From Longimicrobiales bacterium (GTDB lineage Bacteria; Gemmatimonadota; Gemmatimonadetes; Longimicrobiales; Gaopeijiaceae): 64,000 bases of DNA. Position numbers and translations under genes: made by a program. The stretch's first letter is position 1. Each line of letters opens with the position of its first letter. Below are positions 56,527 to 64,000 of this stretch, in pieces. The DNA is taken from positions 2,592,001 to 2,656,000 of the forward strand of contig OZ220732.1 of assembly GCA_965116905.1 (NCBI GenBank), written 5' to 3'. Under the pieces are notes generated by a model. The model had not been told where the DNA came from. It saw only the letters and a program-made list of their open reading frames with translations, and searched no databases.

Positions 56527-57656
56527 TCTCCTCACGTCCCACAGATCCGGCTCCGGCCGCACGCGGGCGCCGCGCCGCACCCCTCCGTCACGCGGCGTGC
56601 TGCGTCCTGGCGCTGCTTTCCACCGCGCAACAGTCCCCGGATCGCATCGTGCTGGCCGGACAGGTCCTCATCGGGGACGCTCCCGCGGATTCCGGCACCG
56701 TGGTGCTTCACCGGGTCTCGCCGACGTTCACCGGTGCGCTGGACAGCGTCCGGGTGGAGCGGGGCGGTGTCTTCACGATGCCACTCGCCGACCTGTCGGA
56801 GGACGCGACCGACGACGTCTTCTTTGCGTCGATCCGGTACCGGAACGTGCTCTACGTCGGCGGCGCGATCACCGACACGGGTGATCTCGCGGACCCCTAT
56901 GTCATCAGGGCGTATCCGACCGTCGCCGCCGGTCCCGGTATCTCCCTGCCCATCCGCGTCCGCAATTTCTTTGCGGTCCGGGAGGACGGGGGCAACGGCT
57001 GGTCCGTGAGTGACCTGTTCGAGTTGCGCAACGACTTCCAGGCCACGGTGATCGCCAGCGAGGCCGGTGCCGCGTGGTCGTACGCCCTGCCCCCCGGTGC
57101 CGTGGACTTCGAGGTCGGCCAGAGCGACCTCTCGCCGGGCGCGGCGAGCTTCAGCGGGGGACGGCTCCACGTCTCGGCCGCGATCCCGCCTGGCGAGAGC
57201 GTCTACCTGGTGCGCTACAGAATCCCCACGGGCGAATTCACTATCCCGCTCGAGGGCGTCACGGAGTCCGTGGAGCTGCTGATCCGCGAACCGGCCGGCG
57301 ACCTCTCGGTCACCGGACTCATGTCCACCGAGCCGGTCACGCTGGAGGGCGTGACGTATCGGCGCTTTGCGGGACGGGAGGTGGCTCCCTCGGTGGTCAC
57401 CGTCGGATCCGGGTCGCGCCTGCTTCCGGGGAACCGGATCGCGCTTGTCGCCGTGATGCTCGCCTTGGCACTGGCGCTGGTGGGCGCGGTCCTTGCCTTC
57501 CGTTCACCCGCACGAACCGTCGCCGGGACGGCCGGGGGACGGCGACACACGCTCGTCGAGGTGGCCCGGCTCGATGAACGCTGGCAAGCCGGAGCCATCG
57601 AAGCGGAGGAGTACGATCGGCGCCGCCGCCAACTTCTCAGGGACCTCGAAGGATGA
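56523..57656 (+). CDS. Exported beta-rich protein with C-terminal TM helix and short SHOCT/CcmI-like helical tail
   Basis: Frame is open from CTG 56523 and encodes a signal-peptide-like leader. TM segment IALVAVMLALALALVGAVLAF; tail EVARLDERWQAGAIEAEEYDRRR. Start is uncertain (first canonical start is GTG 56649). Confidence 0.7.
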   Translation: MISSRPTDPAPAARGRRAAPLRHAACCVLALLSTAQQSPDRIVLAGQVLIGDAPADSGTVVLHRVSPTFTGALDSVRVERGGVFTMPLADLSEDATDDVFFASIRYRNVLYVGGAITDTGDLADPYVIRAYPTVAAGPGISLPIRVRNFFAVREDGGNGWSVSDLFELRNDFQATVIASEAGAAWSYALPPGAVDFEVGQSDLSPGAASFSGGRLHVSAAIPPGESVYLVRYRIPTGEFTIPLEGVTESVELLIREPAGDLSVTGLMSTEPVTLEGVTYRRFAGREVAPSVVTVGSGSRLLPGNRIALVAVMLALALALVGAVLAFRSPARTVAGTAGGRRHTLVEVARLDERWQAGAIEAEEYDRRRRQLLRDLEG

Positions 57657-57705
57657 GCGCCGGTCCGGTCAAGAGCAGACGGTACCCGCCGACGCGAGCC
57701 ACTGG

Positions 57706-58479
57706 ATGGCCATCGTAACGACCGACGCGATCCTGTTGCGTGCCCACCCGTTCTCCGAGAGCAGCCGGGTCCTCAGGTTCTACACGCGCGATCTCGGCCT
57801 GGTTGGCGTAATGGCCCGCGGAATCCGCCGCGGTGCGTCCCGGGGGCACGGCGGCGTCGACACGTTCGGGGAAGGCACCGCCGTGATCCTTGTGCGGGAT
57901 GGCCGGGAGTTGCAAACCCTGCGCGAGTTCAGCCCCGTGAAGGTGCGTTTCGCGCTCGCTGCGGACTTCCGGCGCCTCGCCGGGGCGTCGATCGCCGCCG
58001 AGATCGTGCTCCGGCACGCGGCCGAGGAGCCCAGCACCCAGCTCTACCAGGCGCTTTCCGTCGGTCTGGACAGGCTTGGGAGCGCGGTGGCCGGGGACAT
58101 CGTCGGCGAGGTGCTCGCGCTCGGCTGGTGTATCATCCATGCTCTCGGCTTCGCCCCGGAACTCGCGGTCTGTACGGGGTGCGGCCGCGCGCTCGAACCG
58201 GATGAGATGGCGCGCTTCGATCTCTCGGCCGGCGGGGTGCGCGGCTCGGAATGCTCCGCAGCCGACGGGTCGCGGCGCATCGGACCCAAGGCCCGCGTGC
58301 AACTGCTCGCCCTGCTCCGCGGGACGGTCCCCGGGGAACTGCTTGGACCCGGCGCCCACCTCACGCTGCTCGACGACTTCGTCACCTACCATATGCTGGG
58401 CGGCCGCCGCCTCGCGTCGTTCGACTTTCTCGATCCCTCTCCACCGGGCAAAGACGATGACTCCGGCAACGGACGGTGA
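57706..58479 (+). CDS. recO: DNA repair protein RecO
   Basis: AILLR…FSESSRVL…MARG OB-fold start, and GFAPELAVCTGC Zn-finger half. Confidence 0.92.
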   Translation: MAIVTTDAILLRAHPFSESSRVLRFYTRDLGLVGVMARGIRRGASRGHGGVDTFGEGTAVILVRDGRELQTLREFSPVKVRFALAADFRRLAGASIAAEIVLRHAAEEPSTQLYQALSVGLDRLGSAVAGDIVGEVLALGWCIIHALGFAPELAVCTGCGRALEPDEMARFDLSAGGVRGSECSAADGSRRIGPKARVQLLALLRGTVPGELLGPGAHLTLLDDFVTYHMLGGRRLASFDFLDPSPPGKDDDSGNGR

Positions 58480-60412
58480 GATGCCCGGTGCCGCTCCGGA
58501 AGAGCGACACGGCCAGGCGGCGCTGATCCTCGGCACCGCGGGCCACATCGATCACGGCAAGACGGCGCTCGTGCGCGCGCTCACGGGCGTCGACACGGAC
58601 CGTCTGGCCGAGGAGCGGAAGCGCGGCATCACGATCGAGCTGGGGTTCGCGCGCTACGCGTCCGAGAGCGGTCCGAGCTTCGGCATCGTGGATGTCCCGG
58701 GACACGAAGGCTTCGTCCGCACGATGGTGGCCGGCGCCTCGGGCATGGATCTCGTCCTCATGGTGGTTGCGGCCGACGAGGGGGTGATGCCGCAGACGCG
58801 CGAACACCTCGCCATCGTACGCATGCTGGGCGTCGGGGGAATGGTCGTCGCGATCACGAAGACGGACCTGGTGGACGACGAGTGGCTCGAACTCGTCGTC
58901 GACGAGGTGCGTGAACTGCTCGCCGCCACGCCGTACGAATCCGCCGAGATCGTCCCCACGTCGGTTCGGACCGGGACGGGACTGCCGGATCTGGCCGGCG
59001 CGATCTCGCGGTGTGCCGACCGGGCGCGGGCCAGGGCAACCGACGATCTGGCGCGCCTTCCGGTCGACCGGGTTTTTGCCATGGAGGGTGCGGGCACCGT
59101 GGTGACCGGGACCCTGTGGTCGGGACGCCTTTCGCGCGGCTCCGTGGTGCGGGTACTGCCCCGGGGGGACGAGGCCAGGATTCGTGCGCTCCAGGTGCAC
59201 GGCGCTCAGGTCGAGCACGCCGTCGCCGGACAGCGCACGGCCGCCGCCCTCACGGGAGCCGTGGTGAGGCGGGGACATGTCGCGCGCGGAGACGTGATCG
59301 TGTCGAGCAGCAGCTGGTCGCCGTCCCTGATGCTCACGGTGGAGCTCAGCGCGCTGGAGGGGAGCGGGTGGCGCATCGAGACCGGGCAGCGGGTGCGCGT
59401 GCATCTCGGAACCGTCGAGGTGATGGCTAGGCTGGTCCTGTTCGGCGTCGACGAGGCCGTGCCCGGCGAGCCCGTTCCAGCGCAGCTCCGCCTTGAGGCC
59501 CCGGTGGTCGCGCGCTGCGGCGACCGGCTGGTCGTGCGCTCCTACTCACCCATCACCACCATCGCCGGGGGCACCGTTCTGGAGCCCGTCCCGCCGAAGC
59601 GCAAGCGTCTTGCCCGGGCCGACCGTGATGCGCTTGCGGCATTGTCGAAGGGCGGCCGGCAATCGGTGCTGGGTGCGGTCGGCCTCGCTGGCTGGGCGGG
59701 GCTCGAGGTCGGCGCCCTGGGCGTGGCCGCCGGATGGCACGGGGACCCGAGCGAAGACCTGGCCGATCTCGCCTGGCGTCTCGACGGGGTGCTCTTCGAC
59801 CACGACATCGCGGCGGCCGGCGAGGAGAAGCTGCTGGGGCTCGTCAGCCGCCACCACCGCGAGCACCCGCTGGAGCCCGGGGTTCCCCTGAGCGCGCTGC
59901 GCACGGCTCTTCCCGGGAGAGCCCACCCCCGGCTGGCCGACGGCCTCGCCTCGCGCCTGGCCGCGGAGGGTCGTCTGGTCATCGAGGGCAAGGTCGCGCG
60001 ATTGCCCGGCTTCGAGCCGGCCCTCTCGCCTGCCGAGGAACGGCTCGCCGAGCGCATCCTCACGATCCTCGACGATGCGGGCTTGAAGGGCCCTGACCTG
60101 GGTGAACTCCAGGCCGCCCTGGACGATCCCGGAACGGAGGCGGTCCTCCGGTTTCTGGCCATGCAGGATCGTGTGCGCGTGTTGGGGGATCTCTACTGGG
60201 TCACCGCCGCGGCCCTGGAGCGCGCGGCATCGCGGGTGTCGGAGGCGTTGGGGGGCCGCGAGGGACTCGGTCCGGCCGACTTCCGTGAAGTGCTGCCGGT
60301 AACGCGCAAGCACCTGATACCAATCCTGGCCTACCTGGACGCGCAGGGCGTGACACAACGCCTCGACGACGGAAGACGGGTTTCGAGCAGGGAGCCGGGC
60401 GAAACTGCTTGA
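58457..60412 (+). CDS. selB: Selenocysteine-specific elongation factor
   Basis: [26 protein letters not shown] and TKTD, plus C-terminal winged helices ending [20 protein letters not shown]. Start is 58457 or 58481. Confidence 0.93.
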   Translation: MTPATDGEMPGAAPEERHGQAALILGTAGHIDHGKTALVRALTGVDTDRLAEERKRGITIELGFARYASESGPSFGIVDVPGHEGFVRTMVAGASGMDLVLMVVAADEGVMPQTREHLAIVRMLGVGGMVVAITKTDLVDDEWLELVVDEVRELLAATPYESAEIVPTSVRTGTGLPDLAGAISRCADRARARATDDLARLPVDRVFAMEGAGTVVTGTLWSGRLSRGSVVRVLPRGDEARIRALQVHGAQVEHAVAGQRTAAALTGAVVRRGHVARGDVIVSSSSWSPSLMLTVELSALEGSGWRIETGQRVRVHLGTVEVMARLVLFGVDEAVPGEPVPAQLRLEAPVVARCGDRLVVRSYSPITTIAGGTVLEPVPPKRKRLARADRDALAALSKGGRQSVLGAVGLAGWAGLEVGALGVAAGWHGDPSEDLADLAWRLDGVLFDHDIAAAGEEKLLGLVSRHHREHPLEPGVPLSALRTALPGRAHPRLADGLASRLAAEGRLVIEGKVARLPGFEPALSPAEERLAERILTILDDAGLKGPDLGELQAALDDPGTEAVLRFLAMQDRVRVLGDLYWVTAAALERAASRVSEALGGREGLGPADFREVLPVTRKHLIPILAYLDAQGVTQRLDDGRRVSSREPGETA

Positions 60413-60438
60413 CTTCGGATGCCCCGCCCGGGTACTAT
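60409..60438 (+). promoter_or_regulatory. Probable sigma70 promoter
   Basis: TTGACT-N18-TACTAT, overlapping the selB stop. Confidence 0.55.
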
Positions 60439-60530
60439 TGGCGCACGAGTTGCCAGTCCACGGGGCCGTGCAGGCCCCATGCCCTGGGGGGCGATCGCAC
60501 GAACGCTACTGAACGAAGGCAGGACAGATT

Positions 60531-60971
60531 TTGAGACGCATCGTTTGCGTCGGGGTTTTTCTTTGTTTCGGTGTCTTGGGCCGCGCTGCGGGACAGGAAC
60601 GTCCTCCAGCGGCCGGTGAACAGGACCCCGGGTTCACGCTGGAGCAGAACTACCCGAACCCCTTCAACCCCGAGACGCGGATCCCGTTCGAGTTGTACGA
60701 ATCCCTCTTCGCCGAGGAGGGTTCGGCTACGGTGTCGATCCGCATCTACAACATCCTGCAGCAGTTCGTGGCGGCACCCGTCGCGGTGGGATTTCCGGGC
60801 GGAGAGGGACTGCCGATGCTCCAGCTCGAATACAGCTCCCCCGGAGAGTACGAGGCCTACTGGGACGGTCGTGACCGAACCGGCCGGCAGGTCGCGTCGG
60901 GCGTCTACTTCGTCCAGATGGTCGTAAACGGCCGCGAACCGGTGATCCGGAGGATGTTCGTCACCAAGTAG
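60531..60971 (+). CDS. Small exported protein consisting only of a T9SS type A CTD / FlgD-Ig-like domain
   Basis: Signal peptide, then FTLEQNYPNPFNPETRI…IRIYNILQQ…WDGRD…VASGVYF…RRMFVTK. Confidence 0.85.
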   Translation: MRRIVCVGVFLCFGVLGRAAGQERPPAAGEQDPGFTLEQNYPNPFNPETRIPFELYESLFAEEGSATVSIRIYNILQQFVAAPVAVGFPGGEGLPMLQLEYSSPGEYEAYWDGRDRTGRQVASGVYFVQMVVNGREPVIRRMFVTK

Positions 60972-61006
60972 TGTTCGTCACCAGGCAGGTGTTCGTCTCC
61001 AGGTAG
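60955..61006 (+). repeat. 17-18-bp tandem repeat, 3 units, echoing the gene end and stop codon
   Basis: TGTTCGTCACCAAGTAG / TGTTCGTCACCAGGCAGG / TGTTCGTCTCCAGGTAG. Confidence 0.88.
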
Positions 61007-61018
61007 CCGCGGCGCCCT

Positions 61019-61471
61019 TCAGACCCCCTTCGATTCGAGCAGCCGGAAGAACTCGTCCGCGGAACGCAGGGCGGACAGCTTCTCGGGCACGTCCCGATGC
61101 TTCGCGAACTGCGCCAGCCTCCCCAGGACCGGCAGATACTGCACGGACACCTCCACCGGCGGCGCGACGATCAGAAAAAAATGGTGCACGGGCCGGTTGT
61201 CGATGGCCTCGAATTCGACACCGCCGCGGTGCCGTCCATACGCGAGGCGCAGCCGACGCACCGTCAGCGAGCGACAGTGAGGAATGGCGATGCCGCGGCC
61301 GATCCCCGTCGAGCCCAGGCTCTCCCGCCGGCGCAGCGTCCGCGACAGGGTCCTCTCCGAGCGCTCATCCAGCGCCAGCAGCGAGACGAGTGCGCCCAGA
61401 ACACCGTCCCGCGTTTCCCCGGCCAGATCGAGGCTGACCCGTTCGCGGGTGAAGAAGTCGCTGAGAATCAT
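61019..61471 (-). CDS. PTS EIIA, fructose/Ntr (PtsN-like)
   Basis: RRESLGSTGIGRGIAIPH motif and FEAIDNRPV. Confidence 0.92.
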   Translation of the reverse strand: MILSDFFTRERVSLDLAGETRDGVLGALVSLLALDERSERTLSRTLRRRESLGSTGIGRGIAIPHCRSLTVRRLRLAYGRHRGGVEFEAIDNRPVHHFFLIVAPPVEVSVQYLPVLGRLAQFAKHRDVPEKLSALRSADEFFRLLESKGV

Positions 61472-61568
61472 TTCCGGCGCGCGAGGAAGCCTTCGCTGAA
61501 CGTGAACTGGATGCGGCGGGGAAGTTATTCGCACTGGCCAGCGAAAACCAGCGGATTAGCTTTGGACG

Positions 61569-62579
61569 ATGAACAGACTGCCATTCGAGATACCCGGGGA
61601 TTCGGCCACGCCCCTTTTTCTCGCCCCGCAGGCCGGCGTTTCGGAAGCACCGTTTCGCCGTCTTTGCCGCAGCTTCGGCGCCGACGTTGTGCTGACGGAG
61701 TTCGTCAGCGCCGAGGGGATCATGCGCGGGAACGAGCGGACCGCCGAGTACCTGCGCTTCGACGACGAGGAACGGCCGATCGGAATCCAGATCTTCGGGG
61801 CCGAACCCGTCACGATGGGAGACGCCGCGGCGCTCGTGACCGAGGTGTACGCGCCGGATTTCGTCGACATCAACTTCGGCTGTCCGGTGAAGAAGGTCGT
61901 GAAGCGCAACGGCGGCTCGGGATGTCTGCGCGATCCGGAGCTGGTGCGCAGGATCGTTCGTGCCGTCGAGGAGGCGACGCCGCTGCCCGTCACGGCCAAG
62001 ATCCGCTCCGGCTTCGACGAGAGTACCCGGGACCCCGTGCGGTTCGGCTTGATCTGCCAGGACGCGGGGGCCCGGATGGTGACCCTGCACCCGCGCACTC
62101 GCGCCGACATGTACTCCGGCCGGGCCCGGTGGGATGAGATCGCGGCCCTGGCCCAAGCGCTGGAGGTGCCCGTGATCGGCAACGGCGACGTCCGCTCGGG
62201 CGAGGACGCCCTGCGCATGAAGGAGCAGACCGGATGCCACGGAATCATGATCGCCCGTGGGTCGCACGGCGCGCCGTGGCTGTTCCGGCAGTCGCGCGCC
62301 GCTCTGGACGGCCGGCCGGTCCCGGGGCAGCCGGGCGTGCGGGAGCGTTTCGACATCTGCGTGGAACATGCCCGCAACGCGATCGCGTTCGAGGGCGACC
62401 CCGACAAGGCCGTGCGCGAGTTCCGCAAGCACCTCGGCTGGTACACCAAGGGTCTGCGCGACGGCCGCGTCCTGCGTCAACGCCTGTTTCAGGTTCGCGA
62501 TCTCGACGAGGTGCGGTCCGTCCTCGATGATTATCTGACCCGCCGCGGCGTGCGTCGCCCGGAAGAGGTTCTCGTCTGA
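61569..62579 (+). CDS. dusB: tRNA-dihydrouridine synthase (DusB-like)
   Basis: LAPQAG, DINFGCP, KIRSG, HPRT and IGNGD. Confidence 0.93.
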   Translation: MNRLPFEIPGDSATPLFLAPQAGVSEAPFRRLCRSFGADVVLTEFVSAEGIMRGNERTAEYLRFDDEERPIGIQIFGAEPVTMGDAAALVTEVYAPDFVDINFGCPVKKVVKRNGGSGCLRDPELVRRIVRAVEEATPLPVTAKIRSGFDESTRDPVRFGLICQDAGARMVTLHPRTRADMYSGRARWDEIAALAQALEVPVIGNGDVRSGEDALRMKEQTGCHGIMIARGSHGAPWLFRQSRAALDGRPVPGQPGVRERFDICVEHARNAIAFEGDPDKAVREFRKHLGWYTKGLRDGRVLRQRLFQVRDLDEVRSVLDDYLTRRGVRRPEEVLV

Positions 62580-62641
62580 CCGGAAGAGGGTTCGCGTCCG
62601 TCCGGAGAGGTTCTCGTCCGACCGGAGGGGTTCTCGTCTGA
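62559..62641 (+). repeat. 20-22-bp tandem repeat, 4 units, echoing the dusB 3' end and stop
   Basis: CCGGAAGAGGTTCTCGTCTGA / CCGGAAGAGGGTTCGCGTCCGT / CCGGAGAGGTTCTCGTCCGA / CCGGAGGGGTTCTCGTCTGA. Confidence 0.9.
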
Positions 62642-62723
62642 CCGCGGCGGCCTTATCGTTACCTTCACAGGGTGGCCGCGGGGCCGGTAGTGACCGGACA
62701 GCCACCGGTTGATTGAAAGCTTT

Positions 62724-63078
62724 GGGGGCGACACGGCTTCGACGGGTTTGGAGATTTCGGAGTTGCGTGCCGAGGTCCGGGGATTCCTCGTAAAAACCCC
62801 CGGAAAACCAAACAAATGCCAACAACGATCTGGCACTGGCCGCTTAACCAATAGCAGCCCGTTCCCCGATCTGCCCGCCCGAGGCGGGTCGCGGGAGCGT
62901 CGACGAGTCGGGCTGGTCTTCGGTCCACGCCACGGGACCGCGGGACGAGACACCATGTGGCTAGCTCCGGTCAGGGTTGTTCGCCGACCCGTCCGGAAGT
63001 GAACCGAACGGCGATCTACGCACGTAGAAGCTCGGAAGGACCCATTCGCGGACGCGGGTTCGATTCCCGCCGCCTCCA
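62724..63078 (+). ncRNA. ssrA: tmRNA with tag peptide ANNDLALAA (62818-62847), CCA not encoded
   Basis: 5' end GGGGGCGACACGGCTTCGAC and 3' end GACGCGGGTTCGATTCCCGCCGCCTCCA. Tag ORF GCC AAC AAC GAT CTG GCA CTG GCC GCT TAA. Confidence 0.96.
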
Positions 63079-63125
63079 TTTGCCCCGCGGCAACACGACG
63101 TTTCTCGCTGGAGACCTAAAGAGAC

Positions 63126-63677
63126 TTGAAGCGCAAACTGACGATATTGGGCGTCACGCTGCCGACCATCCTCGTCGCCGACATCGTGACCAAGCGGTGG
63201 GCCGTGGCGGCGCTCTCCGATGGCGGCCGCCAGGATTTCCTGGGCGGCTACGTGCCGCTGAACCTGGCGTACAACAAGGGAGCGGCATTCGGAATATCGA
63301 TCGGCAGCGACCCGCGCTGGTTCTTCATCCCCGTCGCGCTCCTCGCCCTCGCCCTGATGGTTGCACTGGTTGTCCAGGCCAAGCCGAACGACAATCTGCG
63401 CATCGTCGCCCTGACGCTCGTGATCTGCGGCGCGCTCGGCAACCTCTACGATCGCGTCCGCTGGGATGGGGGCGTGGTGGACTTCATCGGTCCCATCTCG
63501 CTCGGGTTCATGGACTGGTGGATCTTCAACATCGCCGACATGGCGATCAGCTGCGGGGTGGTTCTCCTCGTGATCTCCTTCTGGCTCGAGGAGCGACAGC
63601 TCAAGCGAGAGGGATCCGAACCGGAAGAGGGATCTGCCGAAGTCGTGCAATCCGGCCCGGAGCCCACCCAGGGCTAG
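63126..63677 (+). CDS. lspA: Lipoprotein signal peptidase II
   Basis: DIVTK, NKGAAFG, GALGNLYDR, VVDFI and FNIAD. Confidence 0.96.
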   Translation: MKRKLTILGVTLPTILVADIVTKRWAVAALSDGGRQDFLGGYVPLNLAYNKGAAFGISIGSDPRWFFIPVALLALALMVALVVQAKPNDNLRIVALTLVICGALGNLYDRVRWDGGVVDFIGPISLGFMDWWIFNIADMAISCGVVLLVISFWLEERQLKREGSEPEEGSAEVVQSGPEPTQG

Positions 63678-63780
63678 ATCCAAGGCTGGTCCCCGGCTGC
63701 CACGCCCGGGCAGCCACGCCTGGGGCTGCTGCGCCCCCGACTGCCTCCGACCGCGACGCTTCCGGCAGCTACGCCTCCGG
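63667..63780. repeat. Two degenerate short tandem arrays between convergent stops (12-14 bp on +, 15 bp on -)
   Basis: Plus strand CCCAGGGCTAGA/TCCAAGGCTGGT/CCCCGGCTGCCA; minus strand CCGGAGGCGTAGCTG/CCGGAAGCGTCGCGG/TCGGAGGCAGTCGGG. Confidence 0.6.
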
Positions 63781-63999
63781 ATCGAAGACGATGTACTCGA
63801 TCCGGCGTCGCCGCACCTTGGCCACCCTGAGCCGGCCGCCCTCGACGGGAATGTCATCGCCGGCCTTGGCAATGCCCTCGAGGGCACCGAAGACGTAACC
63901 GCCGACGGTGTCGTAGTCCTCGCCGAGGTCGATCCCCAGACGCTCTTCCACGTCCTTTGCCGGTGTGCCCCCGCGAATGACCGTTCTGCCGTCGCCCAG
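63769..63999 (-). CDS. C-terminal CorC/HlyC transporter-associated domain (hemolysin/CBS family), truncated by the window
   Basis: YDTVGGYVF…GD…RRRIEYI motif. Frame is open to the window end. Confidence 0.85.
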   Translation of the reverse strand: MGDGRTVIRGGTPAKDVEERLGIDLGEDYDTVGGYVFGALEGIAKAGDDIPVEGGRLRVAKVRRRRIEYIVFDPEA

Positions 64000-64000
64000 C

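Noticed and set aside
62559..62641. Short repeat arrays (also 9137-9212 and 26478-26537) as CRISPR
   Set aside because: Units are directly adjacent with no unique spacers, and there are no cas genes.

Overview
This is a GC-rich, gene-dense bacterial chromosome segment. It is most likely from Gemmatimonadota, inferred from the tmRNA tag ANNDLALAA, FCB-type NYPNPFNP domains and the gene repertoire. The left part (1-26.4 kb) is mainly accessory and envelope genes: three large propeller/amidohydrolase paralogs, a small beta-barrel protein, arginase, tRNA-Leu(UAA), an exported FAH hydrolase, a large OMP, apaG, a serine hydrolase, MscS, and a minus-strand operon of Tat-PLP enzyme, CopCD and S9 peptidase. 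The right part (26.5-64 kb) is housekeeping: rnz, tyrA, fused aroA-cmk, rpsA, propionyl-CoA carboxylase and methylmalonyl-CoA mutase genes, argS, purM, the rib operon with nusB, hpf-hprK-EIIA-HPr-EI, metK, recO, selB, dusB, ssrA and lspA. I saw no CRISPR array, integrase, transposase or prophage. The most notable signal is a 172-bp palindromic, TA-flanked MITE inserted exactly in frame (+58 aa) into the signal peptide of a beta-barrel gene. A decayed copy of its right arm sits in the same reading frame in the signal peptide of a second exported protein 35 kb away. Other signals are short tandem 'echo' duplications anchored on stop codons, a linker dense in Bacteroidota-type D-S/T O-glycosylation sequons, a cargo-less T9SS-CTD-like protein, a RibB fusion whose GTP cyclohydrolase II domain lacks its zinc ligands, a probable CTG start, and a structured metK leader. 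All calls come from reading motifs by eye; no database searches were run.
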